Origin: Myxococcota bacterium
GTDB taxonomy: Bacteria; Myxococcota; XYA12-FULL-58-9; JABJBS01
Direction of reading: 5' to 3'
NCBI GenBank assembly: GCA_036339465.1
Contig: JAYZAY010000030.1
Span: 1 to 64,000, forward strand
Length of the DNA: 64,000 nucleotides
Part shown: piece by piece, positions 19,381-29,713 of the stretch
How positions within the stretch are numbered: position 1 is the stretch's first letter
Layout of the letters: the number at the start of each line of letters is the position of its first letter
Program-made: the position numbers and the translations under genes
Notes under the pieces: generated by a model
Told to the model about the DNA's origin: nothing
Databases searched by the model: none
The model's input: the letters and a program-made list of their open reading frames with translations, nothing else

Positions 19381-20313
19381 CTATTGTTTCGTATTCTCGA
19401 AAATTTCTCGAGCACCCCTAATATCCTCTGAAATTTGGGAGCGCAACGAATCTACGTTGTCAAAACGCCTTTCTCCTCTTAACCGAGTCAAAATTTGTAT
19501 GACCATGAACTCACCATAGAGATCTTTGCCCACGAAGTCTAGGATGTGAATCTCTGTTTTCAAACCACCTCGATTAAACGTAGGCGCGAATCCAATATTT
19601 ACAACACTGGGCATTTTCCCGAAAGGTCCTAAGGCCCAGGCAGCATAAACACCAGCCGGCGGTAGTAGTTCATTGTCGGGCTGCAAGTTTGCCGTTGCAA
19701 AACCAATTGCTTTTCCCCGACCGTCGCCAGGGGAAATTGTACCAGCGAGTTCAGGAGGCCTGCCCAATAATAATCGAGCTCCCGGAATGTTGCCCTCTGC
19801 AATAAATTCTCTGATTTTAGTGGAAGAGACGACAATTCCTTCTACGCGAACAACCGGTAGCGCGTGAACCTCAAAACCGAGTTTAGCTCCTGCCTGCCGA
19901 AGAGTCTCCACATTTCCACTTTGTCCCGCGCCAAAAACGAAGCCATCACCGACGACAACATGCCGCACGTTAAGTTGTTTGTAGAGAATCGTTTCAATAA
20001 AATCCTGTGGTTTTGTGCTTGAAAATTCCTTGGAAAAAGGAAGAATTTCGACTTTTGACAACCCACACGCCAATAGCCGTTTTTTTCTGGCCTCAATGGT
20101 TTCCAACATTTTTGGAGCGTAGCTAGGCGCCAAAATTTTCGCAGGATGTGGGTCAAAGGTGAGGCCTAGGGCAGAGAACGTGTGTTCCCGGGAGAGGTTG
20201 AGCGTTCGATTGAACAATACCTGGTGACCCAGGTGAACGCCGTCGAATACCCCGATCGCGACACAGCTAGGAGGGGGGGGAGGCATGGGAGGCTTTGGTA
20301 ATATTTTGCTCAT
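19381..20313 (-). CDS. ribF: Bifunctional riboflavin kinase/FAD synthetase
   Basis: IGVFDGVHLGHQ, TFDPHP, VSSTKIR, GFATAN, GVYA, EIHILDF, LRGERRF. Start uncertain (20286-20343). Confidence 0.96.
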   Translation of the reverse strand: MSKILPKPPMPPPPPSCVAIGVFDGVHLGHQVLFNRTLNLSREHTFSALGLTFDPHPAKILAPSYAPKMLETIEARKKRLLACGLSKVEILPFSKEFSSTKPQDFIETILYKQLNVRHVVVGDGFVFGAGQSGNVETLRQAGAKLGFEVHALPVVRVEGIVVSSTKIREFIAEGNIPGARLLLGRPPELAGTISPGDGRGKAIGFATANLQPDNELLPPAGVYAAWALGPFGKMPSVVNIGFAPTFNRGGLKTEIHILDFVGKDLYGEFMVIQILTRLRGERRFDNVDSLRSQISEDIRGAREIFENTKQ

Positions 20314-20339
20314 TTCTATATCTAAGGCCACCAGAAAGG

Positions 20340-21734
20340 TCACATGTGAATGGGACTACCCATCGCTGCATGCGCCGCCTCCAGAAGCGCTTCGGGAAGC
20401 GTTGGGTGGGCATGGATGGTGTGGGCCAGTTCCTCAGTGGTGCATTCTAGTTGTAACGCGACCGTCGCCTCGGAAATCAGATCCGTAGCCCGTGGTCCAA
20501 TAATATGTATTCCAAGAATCTCGTCGTATTTGGCGTCCGAGACGATCTTCACGAATCCCTCGGTATGGCCCATGATTCTTGCTTTACCTATCGCAGAAAA
20601 AGGAAATTTACCGACCCGGAGATTATAGCCCATTTTTTTGGCCGCGTTTTCAGTCAGGCCCACACTTGCGACCTCTGGCTCGGTATAAGTACAGTTAGGG
20701 TTCTTGAGGTAATCGATAGGTTTTACCGCTTTACCCTTGATGTGGTCGACGGCCAGTATCGCTTCTGCGCTCGCCGTGTGCGCTAGTTGAGGCGTCCTAA
20801 CGATGTCTCCAATAGCGTAGATACCGGGAACGTTTGTCTGCATAAGACCGTCAACTTTGACGAACCCGCCATCATCTATTTCCACTCCAGCTGCGTCGAG
20901 TCCGATTGACTTCGTGACTGGGGCCCTGCCCACGGCCACAAGAATAATTGAGGCTTCTAGTGTTTTTTTACCTTGTCCCATTTCGACTTCCGCCACGACC
21001 ATCTCGTTTTTGACGGTTGCGGACGTAAGCTTTGCGCCTGTTATGACCTCTATGCCTCTCTTTTTATAGCATTTGGCCATTTCTGCACTAACTTCTTCAT
21101 CTTCGATGGGAAGTACTCTATCCATCATTTCGACGACTGTGCACTTCGTCCCGAAGCGATGGTAAACGGAAGCGAATTCCATTCCCACGGCTCCAGCTCC
21201 CAAGATGATCATGGATTCGGGCGGTATTTTCAATTCAAGGACTTCGTCGGACGTTAGAAAATTCTTACCATCGATCTTCAAGAATGGGACCTGCCGAGGC
21301 ACGCTACCGGTAGCCAATACAATATTTTCTGACTGTAGTTCCTCGGTGCCCTCGAGCCCTTTAACACTCACGATATTGCTAGATTTGAGGCTTCCGATTC
21401 CATGAAAGACATCAATCTTATTTTTTTTCATTAAATAAGAGACACCTGCAGCACTCTTACTGACTATCTGTCGCCTGGATTTTTGCACCGCAGCGAAATT
21501 AAATTCGAAACTCCCCTTAATTAAGCCGTTCTTAAGAGCGTTCTTTGTTTCTTCCATGACGTCAGCGGAATGAAGAAGGCTCTTTGTGGGGATACATCCC
21601 CGCAGTAAACAAGTTCCTCCTAGTTTTTCGTCTTTTTCGACAATGGCTGTTTTCAAACCCAAATGTGCTCCGCGGATTGCTGCGACATATCCACCAGGCC
21701 CGGCCCCAATTATGATTAGATCATAGTTTTTCAT
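20340..21734 (-). CDS. lpdA: Dihydrolipoyl dehydrogenase
   Basis: IGAGPGGYVAAI, GGTCLLRGCIPTK redox disulfide, C-terminal HAHPTLPE. ATG 21734 (MKNYDL). Confidence 0.97.
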   Translation of the reverse strand: MKNYDLIIIGAGPGGYVAAIRGAHLGLKTAIVEKDEKLGGTCLLRGCIPTKSLLHSADVMEETKNALKNGLIKGSFEFNFAAVQKSRRQIVSKSAAGVSYLMKKNKIDVFHGIGSLKSSNIVSVKGLEGTEELQSENIVLATGSVPRQVPFLKIDGKNFLTSDEVLELKIPPESMIILGAGAVGMEFASVYHRFGTKCTVVEMMDRVLPIEDEEVSAEMAKCYKKRGIEVITGAKLTSATVKNEMVVAEVEMGQGKKTLEASIILVAVGRAPVTKSIGLDAAGVEIDDGGFVKVDGLMQTNVPGIYAIGDIVRTPQLAHTASAEAILAVDHIKGKAVKPIDYLKNPNCTYTEPEVASVGLTENAAKKMGYNLRVGKFPFSAIGKARIMGHTEGFVKIVSDAKYDEILGIHIIGPRATDLISEATVALQLECTTEELAHTIHAHPTLPEALLEAAHAAMGSPIHM

Positions 21735-21832
21735 TACTTCTGCTATTATATCGTTGCCTAATGTGAGGCAATCTCTTTGGTCAGCCTTTTCTCGGGAATT
21801 CACCGGGTAGGGAGGGGGTGAAGTGCTAATGT

Positions 21833-23623
21833 TTATTGAAATTGGTAGACTAAGAGTGGGTATCCTTCTGCTAGAAGTTGGAAGTTGATGGCCTTTTGCT
21901 CGAGTTGCATCCGCTCGTTGGGAGCGAGATTACTTAGGTCGAGCACTTGAGGGAGTCTAAATGATTTTTTTCCGATTTTCAGTTTACCTTTTCCTATGAG
22001 TAAACCGGCTTCCTGCCAGGCCGTGTTGGGTAGTCTAGAAAAGTCATTATGATTTTGGCTACTTTCAGCCATACGGAGGAAGCGTTTTGCTTTTGCCAGC
22101 AACTTCTTGTTTTTTTCTTCCGTAAAAATATCAACCTTAGTTCGATAGATCTGAGGGTTAAATGGGTTTTGGCGTTCCGCATATGAGAGGTTTTTTAGTG
22201 CCTCGGAATTTTTGCCGCGCCGTTTGCTTATCCGGGCAGCGAGCATTCGTAAGTCGTAATTTCGAGGGTAATTTAGCAGCCCCGTCGCAATTACCTGCTC
22301 TGCAAGCGAAATTCGCTTTTCTCGCAAAAGGATTCTCCCGTATCTGTAAGCCAAAATGGACGGACGCGATTGGGTTTGGGTCCATGCTTTGCCGTATTCA
22401 ATCAGAGCGGCTTTATATCGTTTCTGTTCTTCGAGTAGTGCTCCTAACCGTGTGTATTTTTCGTTTCCACGATGCTTGAGTTCATATTTTTCTTGTTTCT
22501 GTGGAGTACGATCTCCATTTTGAAATATAACTTTTTCGGGTTGCACACCCGGCGATCGCTGAAAGCTTCGAGTTTTAAGGTATTTTCTCCAGGCCTTCTC
22601 CAAGCCGGAAACCTTGAATGTCAACAATTCTGTTAGAACCCGATTTAGGTCCCCATGCTTACCGACCTCGGTTAACAACTGGGCAATAATTTGGGGGCCG
22701 TGAACTTTGTAGAGCCACTCGATCACTGTGAAGACTTCCGCAAAAGCCAAAGCAGCCGACTCTTGAGAGGGCAGCTTGGCCATGGAAGGGTGCATTGCAT
22801 CGAAGGAGATTAATTCGTTTTTTTCAACGGCCGCAGCGAGTAGTTCTTCCGAGTAGGATTGGAGGCCCCGGCCAGGTGCGCCATTCCAAGCCGTTTCGAA
22901 AAACTTTGCTATACCTTCGTGAAGCCATATGGGAATATTGTTGTGGGACTTTTTGGAAACTAGAAGATGGATGAATTCGTGAACGATGGTATCGGCCCAA
23001 CCATAGCCCCCCTTGGTTGATAGGGGTGAAATGATCATCAAACGGTGATACTTACAAACCGCTATGGTTCCGCTTGCTCTGATTTCCCCGACGCTTAATC
23101 CTGTTGCGCGAGCCAATCCTATTGGATTGGGATAGATATCCACTGCTATTTTAATCTTTTGTTCCGCAGGAAAAACATCGAGCAAGTTTCCCAACCGATG
23201 ATATGCCTTTTCAAGGACATCGAGGGCCAATTCTGCCACAATCTGGTCTTTTCCTATGAAATTAATCCTAAAATGTTTACTCTCGATTACTTGGAAATCT
23301 ACAGCGTAATAATTTGGGCCAACAATGTTTGGGAATTCTAGGTGAAGCTCAGAGTCTGGGCTCATTGTCTGTGCGAGATGGAGCAGGCTATAGGCTTCTT
23401 GATGAAATCCTTGTGCGCTTTGTACGGCCGCCGTTGCCACGAGTATATTGGGGGTGATTACTTTTTCGGTCAGAAGCCTGAACGCGAGCTTTTCAGCTTT
23501 TTCGAGTTGCCACTGTGAAAGTTCCTTGAATACTCCCCCCACTTCGCCGGATCCCGCGAGAATGCTGGAGGGGCTACTCAAGTAAAGAAAAAGACAAATG
23601 AAGGAACTCCTAAGTATAATCAT
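21833..23623 (-). CDS. Exported peptidase MA-like zinc metallopeptidase with TPR-like repeats
   Basis: Signal-peptide-like N-terminus, HEFIH...PIWLHEGIA gluzincin-type motif, helical TPR-like flanks. Confidence 0.8.
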   Translation of the reverse strand: MIILRSSFICLFLYLSSPSSILAGSGEVGGVFKELSQWQLEKAEKLAFRLLTEKVITPNILVATAAVQSAQGFHQEAYSLLHLAQTMSPDSELHLEFPNIVGPNYYAVDFQVIESKHFRINFIGKDQIVAELALDVLEKAYHRLGNLLDVFPAEQKIKIAVDIYPNPIGLARATGLSVGEIRASGTIAVCKYHRLMIISPLSTKGGYGWADTIVHEFIHLLVSKKSHNNIPIWLHEGIAKFFETAWNGAPGRGLQSYSEELLAAAVEKNELISFDAMHPSMAKLPSQESAALAFAEVFTVIEWLYKVHGPQIIAQLLTEVGKHGDLNRVLTELLTFKVSGLEKAWRKYLKTRSFQRSPGVQPEKVIFQNGDRTPQKQEKYELKHRGNEKYTRLGALLEEQKRYKAALIEYGKAWTQTQSRPSILAYRYGRILLREKRISLAEQVIATGLLNYPRNYDLRMLAARISKRRGKNSEALKNLSYAERQNPFNPQIYRTKVDIFTEEKNKKLLAKAKRFLRMAESSQNHNDFSRLPNTAWQEAGLLIGKGKLKIGKKSFRLPQVLDLSNLAPNERMQLEQKAINFQLLAEGYPLLVYQFQ

Positions 23624-26600
23624 TCTACTAAGTCTCGGTAATATTCTCGAACACTGTCTTCATAGTCTTTAGGCGCCTTTTGCTTTGCTGCTTCCATCAA
23701 TGCTTTTCTGAAGGCAGCAGTTTCTTGCTCTTGTATGGCTTTGGGAATTTCCACATCTGTTTTTTCCGAGGGATTGAAGCCTGAAGGTTGTCTACCGAAA
23801 CTCGGGTTGTTCATAGCAAAGGGCATGGGCATACCTTGCCCAGGTGTCTGAGAAAGTTTTTGTTGCAAGTTTTGTAGATGCTCAAGAGCTTGTCTTTGTT
23901 GGCGGTTTGCTTTCGCGAGATTCTTTTGTTCAAGAAACATATTGGCCTGGTTCATGGCTCTTTGAGCTTGTTCTAAGTTTCGCCTTTGCTCGTCGTTCAT
24001 GATGGGTGCCTCTTGGTCGATTTGTCTCAAAGCTTGTCTTAGTTTTTGTAAATCAATCCCAAGTGATTTCTGATGATCCGCCGATTGACCAATTCTCTCG
24101 TTGGTTTTTGGGGGTAATAATTTTGAGGGGGGGGCAAAGAGCTCCTCTAACAATTGTATGAACTCTTTGAGCTTTTCATTCGCCTTCTTGATTACTTTTC
24201 CGAAGAGTTTTTGGTCCCGACTCGCCGGGATTTTTTGAATGTGTCGCAAAATCTGTGGGAAAATCCCTTTAGCGTTTTGGGCAAGCTCAAGAGCATCGGA
24301 GTAATTGGTGGATTCCACTAGGAGTCGAATATCGACAGTGTATTGCCTTAACTTAAAAAGCTGCTCCAAAAGAGTTTGATTCATCCCGGGGATGGCACTG
24401 CTTTTTTCTACTTTTCTAAGTACCTCTTCTATTAAATGCATTAATTTTTCTTTGAGCCCTTTTTCTGAACCGCCGGATTTTTCGAGCGCTGTTTTTCTGT
24501 ACTCCTGGAGCAATTTTTTCGTGTTTTCTGAAATATTTTGCTGCTTCGTCTTAATATCGTTTAGATCTCGTCCTAAAGTATCTAAGGCTTGATTTAGGGC
24601 AGTATATCGCTCTGATGTCGGTTCTTCATGCATTTTTATAACCGCTTCAACCATCGATTCTAACGATTTTTCAATTTCTTCTAAGTGTTGCTTGGCGTCC
24701 TCAAACCTGCCTTCTTGCAAGGCTTTTTGAAAATCCTTGAAATGATTCGCCATCTCGTTGAGTTTCATGGCTTCTCGGTTTCTGTATTCGGTAGGTAGAC
24801 TTTTCTGCAGTTCACCCATTCTCTTGAATAATTCGACGATAGATTCTTGGATTTCATCCATTCGTTTTTCGAGTAGTTCTTTCGTGCGAGGATCCTTAGA
24901 GTTCGTGAATGACTCTAATAATGCTCTCATATCGTTTTGTCGCTGGAGCATACTTGTTGCTTGTTCTTTTAAGCGAGCTACCCGTTCGGTATTCAATAAA
25001 TCTTCAAGATAGATGAGGTTGGTTTCGAGCTTAGAAATAGAGAAAATTTGTTGGTCACGTACTAAGTTCTCAAGCCCTCTGCCTTGATTGATATGGTAGT
25101 TCTTAAGGACTTTCTTGCGGGCGTTTTCGATTCGCTTGAGGTTTTTCTGCGCATTGAAAAAAGCCTGGAGGGTCTGCGTTAACTCAGAGTCGATCAATTC
25201 TACGTTTTCAAGGAGTAAAGAGATATTTTCGTCGAGGCCTTTGAGTTTCTTTAATATCTGCTCTTGCTGATTGAGAATTTGTCGAATTTCATCCTGAGAT
25301 AAGGTGGAATGAGATACCAGCTCGTCAGCAAGGAGTTCGACAATTTGGGTGACGAGCTGCCGTTGAGTTTGATGTATTTCGTCCTTTGTTTTATTGGGGT
25401 CAAATATCGTTATTTGGCGATGCATCGTTTGGGCTGATTTTGGGCCGCTGACCCGATCATTATCCAGCGCTTCGATATAAATAGAGACTGATTGCCCTGC
25501 GGTTAGCTCATATTCAATGGGGTTGAAATGGTAACGTCCGTTGAGTTCCTTTCGCGTTCGCCCACTTGTTAGTGGGACAGTTCTAAGTGGTTTATTTGGA
25601 TTTTGAAGCTGAAAGAAAACATTTGATAGCCCAAAATCGTCCGATGTTTTCCATTCGATCCATAGCCCTTTTGGATCTCTCAATTCCACATCCGAGGTTG
25701 GGAAAGTCATTTTGATTTGAGGGGGCCGGTCCTCTTCGAGTCGAATGTTGTAGCGAGTCGAATCTTCGATGATTGTTCCGTCTAGCTTGTTGATAACGAA
25801 CCGGTAGGTGCCAGCAGTTTTTACTTGGAATCTTCCGGAAAGGTTCCGTCTTTTATGGACGGTTAATTTGATGATGTTCTTTTCGACCTGCCCTTCAGGC
25901 TGAACTTCAATCTGTGCATTCGCCATTGGAACCATGGTGGTTGCTTTTAGTTCGACCATGGTTCCTCGAAGGGCAAAAATATTGCCGTCTGAGCTTTCAA
26001 GTCGCACCATCTTTTTCTGGGTGTACTGTGGGTAATTCAAGAGTATGGAGAGATCACTGATGAGGGGGCTGCGGCTAATCTGACGGGAACTCCCTGATAG
26101 AATATCTCCAGCAGAATCTCTGAGGTATTCCCCGTATTGTGTTGTGAAGCCGAGGCCAAGGGTCAAAGCGAGAAGGTTCCATGGGCGTTTAAATCGTGGA
26201 AAGGAGTTTACGTACTCTCGAAACCGGGTGTGCCAGTTCTGTTGCGCGATCCATTCGCAGGTGAGCTCAATGTGTCGCACCATGAGCTCCCTCGAACCCA
26301 GGCTTTCACCGATTGGAGTAAGGATATTTTCGGAGAATTCAATGGCCGAATAGAGTCTGGACTGAAAGGGATGGGCAGCGTTTGTAATGTTTCTTAGGAA
26401 AGACTTCCTATTGAATGTGTGCTTGAAAACCCAAAGGATAATGCCAAAGAAGAGGAGGGTTCCAAGAGCCAGGAGGATTTGAGCCGATTGTGGGTACCCA
26501 TTTTCACCTAGAAAACCGCATAACCCGAGCGATAACAAAAAAACAGGTGCGATATTTACAGTTGCAAATCGGATTAATTCAAGGAACCAGAGGCTGCGGA

Positions 26601-26658
26601 GAGCACTCAGAGAAGATTCTAGGCGAGAACTTATGATTTCAAGACGTCCTTGGGGCAA
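23620..26658 (-). CDS. DUF4175-like membrane-anchored coiled-coil protein
   Basis: N-terminal TM segments, Ig-like region (DRPPQI...SDDFGL...ALDNDRVSGPK), long Q/E/K coiled coil, C-terminal YEDSVREYYRDL. Confidence 0.7.
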   Translation of the reverse strand: MPQGRLEIISSRLESSLSALRSLWFLELIRFATVNIAPVFLLSLGLCGFLGENGYPQSAQILLALGTLLFFGIILWVFKHTFNRKSFLRNITNAAHPFQSRLYSAIEFSENILTPIGESLGSRELMVRHIELTCEWIAQQNWHTRFREYVNSFPRFKRPWNLLALTLGLGFTTQYGEYLRDSAGDILSGSSRQISRSPLISDLSILLNYPQYTQKKMVRLESSDGNIFALRGTMVELKATTMVPMANAQIEVQPEGQVEKNIIKLTVHKRRNLSGRFQVKTAGTYRFVINKLDGTIIEDSTRYNIRLEEDRPPQIKMTFPTSDVELRDPKGLWIEWKTSDDFGLSNVFFQLQNPNKPLRTVPLTSGRTRKELNGRYHFNPIEYELTAGQSVSIYIEALDNDRVSGPKSAQTMHRQITIFDPNKTKDEIHQTQRQLVTQIVELLADELVSHSTLSQDEIRQILNQQEQILKKLKGLDENISLLLENVELIDSELTQTLQAFFNAQKNLKRIENARKKVLKNYHINQGRGLENLVRDQQIFSISKLETNLIYLEDLLNTERVARLKEQATSMLQRQNDMRALLESFTNSKDPRTKELLEKRMDEIQESIVELFKRMGELQKSLPTEYRNREAMKLNEMANHFKDFQKALQEGRFEDAKQHLEEIEKSLESMVEAVIKMHEEPTSERYTALNQALDTLGRDLNDIKTKQQNISENTKKLLQEYRKTALEKSGGSEKGLKEKLMHLIEEVLRKVEKSSAIPGMNQTLLEQLFKLRQYTVDIRLLVESTNYSDALELAQNAKGIFPQILRHIQKIPASRDQKLFGKVIKKANEKLKEFIQLLEELFAPPSKLLPPKTNERIGQSADHQKSLGIDLQKLRQALRQIDQEAPIMNDEQRRNLEQAQRAMNQANMFLEQKNLAKANRQQRQALEHLQNLQQKLSQTPGQGMPMPFAMNNPSFGRQPSGFNPSEKTDVEIPKAIQEQETAAFRKALMEAAKQKAPKDYEDSVREYYRDLVE

Positions 26659-26786
26659 TTTTCCTTTCCTTTCTTTATGGCGGATATCAAAAGTTTTCCG
26701 AAGTTCCGAGAAAATCGGTCGATTTTCACTTTTAATTCATTTTTAGGAAAATTCCACAGTACTTTATGACAACTCGAAAATAGGGC

Positions 26787-29660
26787 ATGGTGCCTCTTCT
26801 GCGACACCCAATGGAAATCATATACGAGGCAAAATCGATTATGGAATTCGATGAACTGAAACGGGATATTTTCAAGGCTCTGGAGCGTGCTCAAGGCAAT
26901 AGAAAGAACTTAGATGAATCTCTAACGGAATTTTTAGGGACTCTTAAAACTCTCCTCTCTGTTGAAATTATTTTGGCTTACGTTGTGCCACCAGGGATTC
27001 GGGAGCTGCAACGTGCTCGGGTTGTGGCAGTGGCGGGTGCAAGTTTAAAGAGAGAGGAATACTCCTTTTTGCCCCCTGCATTGGCCGAAGCTCTCATGCA
27101 AAGTGCAGATACGCCCGTCCATATTGATGAGACAGGTCTTTCTATGAAGGATATCCTTCCGGTATTGGCCAACAGAGTATTCAAGGGCGTGGCTGTTACG
27201 ATGCAAGTGGGTAAATGGGTAAATGGCGCCCTTTTCATCGCTGGGGATAATCTCGAACTCTCCGACTCTCTAAATGAGGTTCTAAGATCTGTTGCCAGGC
27301 GTCTCGCGGTAGCGATCAATCACCGAACAGCTTACGAGCTTTTGGCGACAAGTCGCCTGATTACTGCGGTTGAATATGCGGGCGAAGCAATTCAAATTAC
27401 GGATGCAGACGGGTTTATCGAATATATCAATCCTGCGTTTGAAACCATTACGGGGTTCACGGCTCTTGATGTCATTGGTCATCGCTATACCGAGTTTGTT
27501 CGCATGGAGGGTGAGGACAAGCTCACTTTCGCCGATTTGAGAGCGGCGCTTGAATTTAACAAGGTTTGGAGAGGGAAATTGGTTGGGTTTCGTAAGGGCG
27601 GTGCTCTCTGGTATCAGGGAGCCACGGTCTGCCCCGTTCTGAATGAAGCCCATGACGCGACACACTTCGTATTTATCTTGAGGAATATTTCGTCTCGAAT
27701 TGAAGCCGAACAAGCCGTTCGACATCGTGAGCGAAGCCTATCTGCCACTTTCAACGCCCTAGGGGCAGCCGTCGTGGTAACGGACCGGGTGGGCAATATT
27801 CGAAGAATGAATCCCGCAGCGGAGGTTTTGACGGAATGGAATTCTACACAAGCTGTGGGGAGACCTATTTCGAGGATTCTCGAAATGATAGAGGCCGATA
27901 GCCGTAAATCGATAGCGATCGAATGGGAGATGCTATTCAAGGAAGTACAGGAAATCGAATTTGATGTTAGTGGCGTACTGGTCGGGAAAGAGGGTGGGGA
28001 AACGCCTCTTTTTATACATACGTCTCCGATTTTGGACGCGGATGAGGGCCTATTGGGGATCGTCTTTATTGGTTATGATCTATCGAAGCAGCAGGCTACG
28101 ATGCAGGTCTTGCAGGATTCAGAGAAGAACTTTGCGGAGGTTATTGAGCGAAACCCAGATGGCGTTGTGATCACCAAAAATGGGATGATTACCTTCGCCA
28201 ACAGAGCTTTTGCGCGTACTTTAGGCTACGAGGTTGCGCAGCTGGTGGGACAGACTCTAGAGCAATATGTCCTAGAAGAGGATATGGCACGCTTCGTTCA
28301 GTGGTTCTCAGACGATTCCGAAACCCTGTACGAGATTCGGTTCATCGGATTTGATGGAGCACGTGTTAATTTTGAATGTTCGCAACCTCGAGAGGTTAAT
28401 TTTCGAGGCCAGACCTCGATGATACACATGTTTCGAGATGTTACGGCTAGAAGAGAGATGGAAAATCAATTGATGCTGGCAGATCGAATGGTTTCGGTTG
28501 GAACCATGGCGGCAGGGGTTGCCCATGAAGTAAATAATCCTTTGGCATATCTCGCAGCGAATCTAAAATTTCTGGACGAATATATGCCACTTATCAAGCA
28601 AAAGCTTTCAGGGGAGGCCTATTCGAGCATTGCTCAAGCCTTGGCGGAAGCTCAGGATGGTGCAGAACGCGTCGAGGGCATTGTGAGAGACCTGAAGCTA
28701 TTTGCACGTGGGCACCAGGATGAATTCGAAGTTATTGATCTACAGCGCTGTATCGAAGCCGCGATCAAGATGGCTTGGAATGAAGTGCGACACCGCGGAC
28801 GTTTGGTGAAGCAGTTTGGCGCACCGGTCAAAGTTCGGGGCAATCATGGTAAACTGGTGCAAGTTTTTCTTAATTTGATATTGAATGCGGCCCATGCTCT
28901 GCCCACAGGTGAGGCGAGAGCAAACCTTATTAAGATTAGTTTAGTGCGTAAGGAATCGGGGATGGTCTCAATCGATGTATTCGACACGGGTTGCGGTATC
29001 CCTCAATCCAAGCTCGATCGGATCTTCGACCCCTTTTATACCACCAAGGAGATCGGAAAGGGCACAGGACTTGGGTTGTCCATTTGTCACAATATCCTGA
29101 GTAGCATGGGAGGAACGATTTCAGCCGAAAGCTTGGAGCGACAGTGGACAAAAATCCACATCGAACTGCCCTTGGTGTTGTCGATAGTAGACGACGGTAG
29201 TACTGCGCACTTAATTATGCTTCCTAATTCAGAGGCCTTGCCCGAGGAAGCCGAAGACCAATCAAAGTTAAGAATCTTGATTGTGGATGATGAGCCAGTG
29301 GTAGCGAAGGCCCTAAAGCGCGCCCTTAGAAAACACGATGTGGAAGTGGTTGGGTCTGGGAAGCAAGCCATCGAAAAGTGGTTTGAGAATGAATATGATA
29401 TTATGTTTTGTGATGTTATGATGCCAGGTCTTATGGGCTATGACGTTTATCAGGCGATAAAGGACAAGCTTCCTGGAGATGAAAGTCGTTTGCTCTTTAT
29501 GACAGGAGGGGCTTTTACGCAGGAGTCAGAAAAGTTTCTTGGGTCTTTGGACGAGCACCAGATTATTCAGAAGCCCTTTGATTTTGGTCTAATTGAGAAC
29601 TATTTGGCGCAAATTCAAGTAAGCCGCTTAAAGAAAGATGCGGTAAAAGATTCGCATTAG
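26787..29660 (+). CDS. Cytoplasmic hybrid sensor histidine kinase (GAF-like, three PAS, HisKA, HATPase, REC)
   Basis: Three PAS units, H-box AHEVNNPL, N-box QVFLNLILNA, DTGCGI, FYTTK..GKGTGLGL, REC ILIVDDE...DVMMP...KPF. Confidence 0.93.
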   Translation: MVPLLRHPMEIIYEAKSIMEFDELKRDIFKALERAQGNRKNLDESLTEFLGTLKTLLSVEIILAYVVPPGIRELQRARVVAVAGASLKREEYSFLPPALAEALMQSADTPVHIDETGLSMKDILPVLANRVFKGVAVTMQVGKWVNGALFIAGDNLELSDSLNEVLRSVARRLAVAINHRTAYELLATSRLITAVEYAGEAIQITDADGFIEYINPAFETITGFTALDVIGHRYTEFVRMEGEDKLTFADLRAALEFNKVWRGKLVGFRKGGALWYQGATVCPVLNEAHDATHFVFILRNISSRIEAEQAVRHRERSLSATFNALGAAVVVTDRVGNIRRMNPAAEVLTEWNSTQAVGRPISRILEMIEADSRKSIAIEWEMLFKEVQEIEFDVSGVLVGKEGGETPLFIHTSPILDADEGLLGIVFIGYDLSKQQATMQVLQDSEKNFAEVIERNPDGVVITKNGMITFANRAFARTLGYEVAQLVGQTLEQYVLEEDMARFVQWFSDDSETLYEIRFIGFDGARVNFECSQPREVNFRGQTSMIHMFRDVTARREMENQLMLADRMVSVGTMAAGVAHEVNNPLAYLAANLKFLDEYMPLIKQKLSGEAYSSIAQALAEAQDGAERVEGIVRDLKLFARGHQDEFEVIDLQRCIEAAIKMAWNEVRHRGRLVKQFGAPVKVRGNHGKLVQVFLNLILNAAHALPTGEARANLIKISLVRKESGMVSIDVFDTGCGIPQSKLDRIFDPFYTTKEIGKGTGLGLSICHNILSSMGGTISAESLERQWTKIHIELPLVLSIVDDGSTAHLIMLPNSEALPEEAEDQSKLRILIVDDEPVVAKALKRALRKHDVEVVGSGKQAIEKWFENEYDIMFCDVMMPGLMGYDVYQAIKDKLPGDESRLLFMTGGAFTQESEKFLGSLDEHQIIQKPFDFGLIENYLAQIQVSRLKKDAVKDSH

Positions 29661-29713
29661 CCTACTGTATTGATCCATAGGATGAATGCAGGTTGCTGGA
29701 AGTGAGGTTCGAC

